Below are positions 35,179 through 41,386 of a DNA stretch of 64,000 nt, piece after piece. This stretch comes from Bacteroidota bacterium (GTDB taxonomy: Bacteria; Bacteroidota; Bacteroidia; J057; JADKCL01), in contig JADKCL010000001.1 of NCBI GenBank assembly GCA_016718825.1, positions 152,574 to 216,573 of the forward strand. Direction: 5' to 3'. The first letter of the stretch is position 1. Every line of letters begins with the position of its first letter. The notes below the pieces were generated by a model. It saw nothing but the letters and a program-made list of their open reading frames with translations. It had not been told where the DNA came from and made no database searches. The position numbers and the translations under genes are program-made.

Positions 35179-35760
35179 TCAAGCGTTATTCCCGAGTTTC
35201 ACGCGGCGGTAAATGTCAGCCAGCGGAAGACTCAGCTTGAGGCTTTTTATTTCCAACACGTCTTCCAATCCACTATAGCTACGAAGTTGCCAAATACCGT
35301 CGTGAGCTTTTTGGAAGACATCAATTTGGTATTCGTCTTGGGCGATGAGAATGTATTCCGTTAGTGATGGTATTTGCTTGTACCGGTGGAATTTTTTGCC
35401 ACGGTCAAAGGATTCGCTCCATTCTGCAAGAACTTCGACGACTACCGTCGGATTTGTATAGGCATATTGATTGTCCACCACGTTGGGTTTGCCTTTGCAA
35501 ATAGATATTTCAGGATAGAAATAGCACCTTGGCTGATCGATACGAATTTTGAAGGAACTGGTAAAAACAAACCATTCCTCATGTTCAACGCCATCGGCAA
35601 TGGAACACATGCAATCTACTGTGATGCCGTTTTGATCAATGGAATGGCTTGTCATGGGCAGGATCTTGCCATCCAAATACTCATTTTTGTACTCTGCAAG
35701 CAATTCCAATGCGAGATATTCCTCTGGTGTGACGAATCGGTTTGGTATTTGAATTTCCAT
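35179..35760 (-). CDS. Uma2-family (DUF820) restriction-endonuclease-fold protein
   Basis: 193 aa with N-terminal TPEEYLALE...YEY.DGKI, a central D...E.K-like core (YPEISICKG...VVVEVLAEWSESFDRGKKFHRYKQIPSLTEY) and a typical Uma2 layout. Confidence 0.75.
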   Translation of the reverse strand: MEIQIPNRFVTPEEYLALELLAEYKNEYLDGKILPMTSHSIDQNGITVDCMCSIADGVEHEEWFVFTSSFKIRIDQPRCYFYPEISICKGKPNVVDNQYAYTNPTVVVEVLAEWSESFDRGKKFHRYKQIPSLTEYILIAQDEYQIDVFQKAHDGIWQLRSYSGLEDVLEIKSLKLSLPLADIYRRVKLGNNA

Positions 35761-35804
35761 CTATCAAAAATACAAATGTCCCATTCAATGCAACGATACC
35801 TCAG

Positions 35805-36932
35805 TCAAAAACCATCCTTCCACTTACGAGCGATTTGCCTTGCGGTTTCGAGCATGGCGGGATCCCAATTTACCGCACTCCATTCGCCTGATGCAAGTGC
35901 CGAACTTTGAATCTTTGCCTTGACTTCTTCAAAATTGGCGCTGTTTTCGAGAATGTCGGAAAGCAGGAGTTGTTCGAAATGCAGCGTTTCATCCTCTAGC
36001 GGATGGCTTTGAAACTCAATTTTGGGCGGCAAAAAGTTTTGCAGGAGCGTGAACGAAGTCCGTTTGGCGGATTCGAGCTGCACCAAATCCCGCATTCGAA
36101 GGAAGTCGGCCTGATACTGCGATTGGCTTTCCGCATCGGCCAAGGCATGGCTCATTTGCTCCAAAACCACAAATTTGAGGTTCGGACATTGGCCCATTGT
36201 GGTAGCCAGCAACTCGAACACGCGTTCGGGTACGCCCGCGTCGTGCGTATCGCGCCTGACCCCAGGTTGCGGGCGAAAAGGCGAAGGTTCCCAACTTCCG
36301 CCGGAAATGTGAATTTCCCTGACGCGTGCCAGTGGAATTCCAGCCAGCAATTCTGCTGAGTCCAACCCAAAATTATGCAGCTGACAATACAGGTTGTGAA
36401 GGTCGAGGATGAGGAAACCATTCGCGGGCGCGAGCAAGGCCTCCAAAAATTCACCATGAATACGTGCAGAATGCGCATCTGTGGCAAATGCAAGGTTTTC
36501 CAGCCCCACGGGGCAACCGCAGGCGTCGGCAATCCGCAAAAGCCTATCCTGCCCAAGGGCAAGCGTTCGCTTGGAATAAGGCACGGACAAGGGTGCGCCC
36601 TTGTGAAAGTCGGCTCCCGTGAAAAACCCGAAATGTTCGCTGATGTGGTCAAATCGGAAGCGGGTGGTCAGGGATTTCAATTCCGCCAACCAAGCCGCTT
36701 GCTCGGGTAGCCATTTTCCTGAAAACATCGAAAAAAACACCCCATGCCCGACGAGCCGACCGGCATTGCCGTAACTTTTGAGCAGTTCTTCAAACCATTC
36801 CGGGATGTCGGGTCGATTGTGCAGCGTGTCAAATGACCATTCCATACCTTCGACGGCCTCCGCCGCAAACAGGGGTAATGCTGCCTGAATCAGGTTGGAA
36901 TCGACATTGAAGGAGAGGGAGGCGTGGATCAT
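35805..36932 (-). CDS. DUF692 multinuclear non-heme iron oxidase (MNIO; MbnB/TglH/ChrH family) RiPP-modifying enzyme with a ~85-aa C-terminal extension
   Basis: TIM-barrel motif series GHGVFF, DHISEHFGF, GLENLAF, LDLHNLY, EIHISGG, RRDTHD, VVLEQ. I prefer the ATG at 36932, 23 nt after the upstream precursor's stop, over the alternative start at 36980. An uncharacterised tail follows the barrel. Confidence 0.8.
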   Translation of the reverse strand: MIHASLSFNVDSNLIQAALPLFAAEAVEGMEWSFDTLHNRPDIPEWFEELLKSYGNAGRLVGHGVFFSMFSGKWLPEQAAWLAELKSLTTRFRFDHISEHFGFFTGADFHKGAPLSVPYSKRTLALGQDRLLRIADACGCPVGLENLAFATDAHSARIHGEFLEALLAPANGFLILDLHNLYCQLHNFGLDSAELLAGIPLARVREIHISGGSWEPSPFRPQPGVRRDTHDAGVPERVFELLATTMGQCPNLKFVVLEQMSHALADAESQSQYQADFLRMRDLVQLESAKRTSFTLLQNFLPPKIEFQSHPLEDETLHFEQLLLSDILENSANFEEVKAKIQSSALASGEWSAVNWDPAMLETARQIARKWKDGF

Positions 36933-36955
36933 CTTGGGTATTGCCACGTGTAAAC

Positions 36956-37123
36956 TCAGCCCCGACCGCAAGCCGGACAATTGTCGGCGTCTACGCGAAG
37001 GGGTTCATGCTGATCAACCTTCGTTTTGGTGTCTGATTGCGCCTTTTTGGTGTTGCAGGCAGTGCCCAAACCGATGGTCGCGGTGATCAGCATAGCTTGG
37101 AGGAGGGTGGTGGAGATTTTCAT
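36956..37123 (-). CDS. RiPP precursor peptide A2 (55 aa) with a lipoprotein-type signal peptide and C-terminal CPACGRG
   Basis: Manual translation, below the ORF-track cutoff: MKISTTLLQAMLITATIGLGTACNTKKAQSDTKTKVDQHEPLRVDADNCPACGRG*. It is a paralog of A1 in both the signal peptide and the C-terminal core. Confidence 0.65.
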   Translation of the reverse strand: MKISTTLLQAMLITATIGLGTACNTKKAQSDTKTKVDQHEPLRVDADNCPACGRG

Positions 37124-37228
37124 CGTCAATTCTTTTTAAACATTCGGATGACTTTTTGGTGCGGGAAACCAACCGATTCCATAAAGATACTGAAGAAGAA
37201 AATTCCACGAACAGCGGCTTGCGGGGGT

Positions 37229-37447
37229 TCAGCCCATGCCGCATGCCGGGCAAGGGTCGCCGCCGTTGCGCGGACTTGGCGAAAAAAGGTCTTTGACCTT
37301 GTCAATGATGCTTTCGTTTTGGGCAGGCCCAGTTTGGGAATTTTCTTCCTCAACATTTTGAGGTTTGACTGTGCGGCAGCTTGTCGCGGTGACGCCCACT
37401 GTGGCAGCAATGAGCATGGCTTTCAAAAGGGTGGATGGAACTTTCAT
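37229..37447 (-). CDS. RiPP precursor peptide A1 (72 aa) with a lipoprotein-type signal peptide and C-terminal CPACGMG
   Basis: ORF track: MKVPSTLLKAMLIAATVGVTATSCRTVKPQ...PRNGGDPCPACGMG*. From memory, CPACGMG is the conserved C-terminal core of the ChrA precursors acted on by the DUF692 enzyme ChrH. Confidence 0.7.
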   Translation of the reverse strand: MKVPSTLLKAMLIAATVGVTATSCRTVKPQNVEEENSQTGPAQNESIIDKVKDLFSPSPRNGGDPCPACGMG

Positions 37448-37567
37448 GGGTTTTCTTTTTAGTCGTGATGGTAGGTTGATGCGGGATTTTAGCAGATGGT
37501 TGGAATCGGTGCGAAATTCACAAGAGTGTTCGGCATGGGCCGTTTGCGTTCATGGATATCGGCCGAA

Positions 37568-38044
37568 CTATTCCGCGACGGTGATCTCCAGCACATTCGA
37601 ATCGGGCAAACCATTCATCGACGTTTTGCCCTTGAATTGAATGCGGTATGTGCCAGATTGACGAATGGGGTAGGCATCCAACAAGTTGAATTCGGCAACA
37701 ATGGATCCTTGTGGCGCTACATGAACAAATGCAGAAGGTCTGGGCTTCCCGCGTTTGACCATCGCACCCGCATAAGGGATTTTGTTGCCTATGGCGTCGG
37801 TTACGTCCAAAAAATTGCCTTTGAAGCCCTCCAAGGGGGTCATGTAACGGCAAAACCGGGCTGCCTTTCCTTCGTTGTTGGTAACCGAGAAGGTAAGCGT
37901 GATGCTTTCGCCAATCGGAAAATGAACACCGTTGGAGGTGAGCTGGGTCTGCAATTCGGTTGCAGGGTTTTGGGCAGCAGCATCCATGTTGACCATCAAG
38001 GCAAAGAAAAGAAAAAGCAGCGGATGGAGGAAGGTGAAGCGCAT
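37568..38044 (-). CDS. secreted stand-alone domain resembling the propeptide/inhibitor domain of M35 (aspzincin, AsaP1-type) peptidases
   Basis: The ATG at 38044 gives the signal MRFTFLHPLLFLFFALMVNMDAAAQ. ITLTFSVTNNEGKAARFCRYMTPLEG..FLDVTD..GNKIPYAGAMVKRGKPRPSAFVHVAPQGS...NLLDAYPIRQSGTYRIQF follows the pattern I recall for the AsaP1 propeptide (LTLTNTG.KPV..LKW..P......F.V..DG..V.Y.G...KR..P...DY..L..G.S). No HExxH catalytic domain follows. Confidence 0.5.
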   Translation of the reverse strand: MRFTFLHPLLFLFFALMVNMDAAAQNPATELQTQLTSNGVHFPIGESITLTFSVTNNEGKAARFCRYMTPLEGFKGNFLDVTDAIGNKIPYAGAMVKRGKPRPSAFVHVAPQGSIVAEFNLLDAYPIRQSGTYRIQFKGKTSMNGLPDSNVLEITVAE

Positions 38045-38272
38045 AAATGGGGAAATTTGGGTTTTGGTAGCTACTAGAGCCGACTTCCCGACCACGCATG
38101 GATCAAAGATATTGAAAGTTGGGGTTTGGGACGAAGGCACAACAATTCCATCCTCTAGCAAAATTTACCAATCTCCCTTTATTTTCTGCCGATTACCAAA
38201 ATCCAGTTGAATCAATTCAAGCGGGCACATTATTTTCGCAGCGTCTAAATCACTGTCACCTTCTATCTATCA

Positions 38273-39466
38273 ATGGGATCATTCACCTCACCCGAAAAAC
38301 AGCCGTTGCAGCGGAAGCCGGCAACACAAGAAACCCCAGCCCTCGGAAAATCTGCCCAGCCACCTGCCTTTCAATTGACTGCTGAAGCCGATTCGCAGAA
38401 GCCCGCCCAGTTGCAGGAGGCTACCGCAGCCAAGGATTCCACAGCCGAGGTTCAGCAAGAAGCCCCTCAATTGGCCGAAACCGCTGCTCCCGAACCTGAA
38501 AAGGAGCTTTCGGAAGCCGATCGCTTACGCGGTGCCGTTGCAGGTAAAGCTACGGAGTGGAACGGCAAAGAATTCATGACCCAACAAGAAATCGAAGATG
38601 TCAGGGTCAGTTCCGGCCTCAAGAACTACACCACTTGCTTGGAGTTTGCGGGCAAAATGATGCGCGACGCCGACAAGGAAGTTTACGGCAAGGACTATAA
38701 AATGGCGACGGCAACGTCGCAGATGTTTACCCAAACCAAGGCAGATTGGGAAAAGGCCGTTGGTGCGCGCATTCAAGCCGATGGCTTTGACAAGTCAGTG
38801 GCTTTGTTTGAAAAGGCAATTGTGAGGGTGGAGGCACAAAAGGCCACGGTTGTTGCGGAAATCACGAAACTCCGTGAGCCTCAAAAAGAAGGCGAAAAGG
38901 AGTTGGCCTACAAACAGCGTAATCTTCGCGCCGCAGCACTTGAAAAACATACCGTTCCAGCCCTTGATTCGGTCTTGCGATTGTTGACTTCGCAGCGTGA
39001 CAAATGGAAGGCGAGGTCTGAAAAAAGTGATGCCAAGGCTGAGGAAATTGATGCCGGCAATTCTGCGATGATCAAGGCGGAGGATGGTATGAAAAATGGC
39101 CGACCCAAGTCCGGCGAATTTATCATCCTCGCGCAAGCCCCCGGTGGGGCGAAGTATGGTGTGAAAAAGGAAACGCAGGTACAGCTTGCAGGCGGCGCTT
39201 TCAAACATATTGCTGTCTTCATGGAAGTGCTCAAGCAAGACGACGGCAGCGGATTTGAGCTTTGGCGCACCATCGACGGTGGCGGCACCAATGGAAAAGA
39301 AACCTTGTTGCGTGTGCGCTTGGCCGACCGTATGATTTTCCCTGGACAAGAAGGCGCAAAAATGCCCGATGTTGGTTCCGCCTCCGGCTCACAACTCGCA
39401 GGATGGATGAACATGGATGAGATTGTGAACAAGCGCGACGCGAAATTGGCGGCTGGGAAGAAGTAA
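38273..39466 (+). CDS. hypothetical effector-like protein B: disordered N-terminal leader and a candidate papain-like Cys/His core split by a coiled-coil insert
   Basis: 397 aa with no signal peptide or CTD. The leader is MGSFTSPEKQPLQRKPATQETPALGKSAQPPAFQL. The candidate catalytic strings are KNYTTCLEFAGKMM and SGEFIILAQ...GGAFKHIAVFMEV...WRTIDGG. The function is inferred. Confidence 0.6.
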   Translation: MGSFTSPEKQPLQRKPATQETPALGKSAQPPAFQLTAEADSQKPAQLQEATAAKDSTAEVQQEAPQLAETAAPEPEKELSEADRLRGAVAGKATEWNGKEFMTQQEIEDVRVSSGLKNYTTCLEFAGKMMRDADKEVYGKDYKMATATSQMFTQTKADWEKAVGARIQADGFDKSVALFEKAIVRVEAQKATVVAEITKLREPQKEGEKELAYKQRNLRAAALEKHTVPALDSVLRLLTSQRDKWKARSEKSDAKAEEIDAGNSAMIKAEDGMKNGRPKSGEFIILAQAPGGAKYGVKKETQVQLAGGAFKHIAVFMEVLKQDDGSGFELWRTIDGGGTNGKETLLRVRLADRMIFPGQEGAKMPDVGSASGSQLAGWMNMDEIVNKRDAKLAAGKK

Positions 39467-39485
39467 GTCACGTTCCGCATAAATG

Positions 39486-39525
39486 AAACCGCCCCACCAT
39501 CTCTGGCAGGGCGGTTTTTATTTTT
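39486..39525 (+). terminator. rho-independent terminator after effector-like gene B, possibly bidirectional with ettA
   Basis: AAACCGCCC (39486-39494) pairs with GGGCGGTTT (39509-39517) around a 14-nt loop. It is followed by TTATTTTTG. Confidence 0.7.
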
Positions 39526-39537
39526 GAAAAGTCCCGC

Positions 39538-41211
39538 TTACCGCGACAGCTTCTTATACCGAATCCGGGTAGGCCCGGTATCGCCCAAGCGCTTCTTCTT
39601 GTCTTCCTCGTATTCCGAGAAGGAGCCTTCGTAGAAGAAAATCCTGGAATCGCCTTCGAAAGCAAGGATGTGCGTACAGACGCTGTCCAGGAACCACCTG
39701 TCGTGGGAAATGATCACGGCGCAGCCGGCAAAGTTGTCGATCGCTTCTTCCAATGCCCGCAACGTGTTCACGTCGAGGTCGTTGGTCGGTTCGTCCAAAA
39801 GCAGGACGTTGGCACCGGAACGGAGGATTCTGGCCAAGTGCAAGCGGTTGCGCTCCCCGCCGGAGAGCTGCTTGACCTTTTTGCTTTGGTCGGTGCCCGC
39901 AAAGTTGAAGCGGCTCACGTAGGCGCGGCCGTTCATTTCTTTGTTACCCAAAACGATGATGTCGTTGCCGCCGGTGATGGCATCGTAGACGCTCGCCTCC
40001 ATGTCGAGGTCGTCATGCTCTTGGTCCACGTAGGCAAGCTTGACGGTTTCGCCGACTTCGAATGTCCCCGTGTCGGGTGTTTCCTTGCCGGTGATCATGC
40101 GGAAAAGCGTGGTTTTACCCGCACCATTCGGGCCGATCACCCCGACGATGGCGCCTTTTGGAATGATGAATTCCATGCCTTCGTAGAGCAATTTATCGCC
40201 GAATGCCTTGGAAACGCCATGGGCTTCAATGACTTTGTCTCCCAAGCGCGGACCGGAGGGGATGTAAATCTCCAGTTCCTGTTCGCGTTGGTTGCCGTCT
40301 TCGGAGACCAGTTTTTCGTAAGCCGTGACACGGGCCTTGCCTTTGGCGTGACGGGCTTTGGGCGCCATGCGAATCCACTCCAACTCGCGTTCGAGGGTTT
40401 TGCTGCGCTTGCTTTCCTGCTTTTGCTCTTGGTCGAGTTTCTTCTGCTTTTGTTCGAGCCAAGAGGTGTAATTGCCTTTCCAGGGTACACCATGGCCGCG
40501 GTCGAGTTCGAGGATCCATCCTGCGACATTGTCGAGGAAGTAACGGTCGTGGGTCACTGCGATGACGGTGCCCGCATAGTTCTGCAAATGTTGCTCGAGC
40601 CACTGTACCGACTCGGCGTCCAAGTGGTTGGTCGGTTCGTCGAGGAGCAGCACGTCGGGCTTCTGGATGAGCAGGCGGCAAAGGGCCACACGGCGTTTTT
40701 CACCACCGGAAAGTGTCGCGACGATTTGATCGGAGGGCGGGCAACGCAGCGCGTCCATGGCTACCTCGAGCGAACTGTCGAGGTTCCAAGCGTCGGCGGC
40801 TTCGATTTTGTCTTGAAGGGCAGCTTGGCGGTTGATGAGCTTGTCCATTGCCTCGGCGCTCATCTCCTCCATGAATTTCATGTTGATCTCTTCGTATTCC
40901 GTGAGCAGGGCGGCAGTTTCTGCGGCACCTTCACGCACGATTTCGATCACGGTTTTGGTCGGATCAAGGTCGGGATGCTGCTCGAGCATGCCGACGGAAT
41001 ACCCTGGCGAAAAGGCCAAATCGCCTTGGAAATCGGTGTCTACGCCGGCAATGATGCGCAGCAAGGTCGATTTTCCTTGGCCGTTCATACCAATCACACC
41101 GATTTTGGCGCCGAGGTAGAAGCCCAGGGAAATGTCCCGGATCACTTGCTTGTTGGGTGGGTAAACCTTGCTTACCCGCGACATGGAGAAAATTATCTGA
41201 CGATCGCTCAT
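39538..41211 (-). CDS. ettA: ABC-F ATPase, energy-dependent translational throttle protein EttA
   Basis: The ATG at 41211 gives MSDRQIIFSMSRVSKVYPP.KQV. Two ABC cassettes are present (GMNGQGKSTLL / LSGGEKRRVAL..LLLDEPTNHLD; GPNGAGKTTLF / LSGGERNRLHL..LLLDEPTNDLD). The ~557-aa length and ...RIRYKKL C-terminus are typical of EttA. Confidence 0.9.
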   Translation of the reverse strand: MSDRQIIFSMSRVSKVYPPNKQVIRDISLGFYLGAKIGVIGMNGQGKSTLLRIIAGVDTDFQGDLAFSPGYSVGMLEQHPDLDPTKTVIEIVREGAAETAALLTEYEEINMKFMEEMSAEAMDKLINRQAALQDKIEAADAWNLDSSLEVAMDALRCPPSDQIVATLSGGEKRRVALCRLLIQKPDVLLLDEPTNHLDAESVQWLEQHLQNYAGTVIAVTHDRYFLDNVAGWILELDRGHGVPWKGNYTSWLEQKQKKLDQEQKQESKRSKTLERELEWIRMAPKARHAKGKARVTAYEKLVSEDGNQREQELEIYIPSGPRLGDKVIEAHGVSKAFGDKLLYEGMEFIIPKGAIVGVIGPNGAGKTTLFRMITGKETPDTGTFEVGETVKLAYVDQEHDDLDMEASVYDAITGGNDIIVLGNKEMNGRAYVSRFNFAGTDQSKKVKQLSGGERNRLHLARILRSGANVLLLDEPTNDLDVNTLRALEEAIDNFAGCAVIISHDRWFLDSVCTHILAFEGDSRIFFYEGSFSEYEEDKKKRLGDTGPTRIRYKKLSR

Positions 41212-41386
41212 GAATACCAAAAATTTGGTGCAAAGATAACTTCCTCGTCGAAGAATGAACAATTAATAATGTGCAAAGCGGCCGACGGATTTCAAAAGCG
41301 GGCAGCACAACTTCGGTCGATCATGGATGCAACCTTTGTCGGAGACTGTGCATCTTCTCCAACAGGAGCAGGATCATCGAACGGCA

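Noticed and set aside
37014-37462. ORF-track entries 37014..37253(-) 79 aa, 37126..37410(-) 94 aa and 37037..37462(+) 141 aa, all overlapping the RiPP precursor region
   Set aside because: They are in different frames or on the other strand from the two paralogous signal-peptide/CPACG precursors. A1 and A2 support each other through paralogy and through their position in front of the DUF692 gene, which the overlapping ORFs lack.
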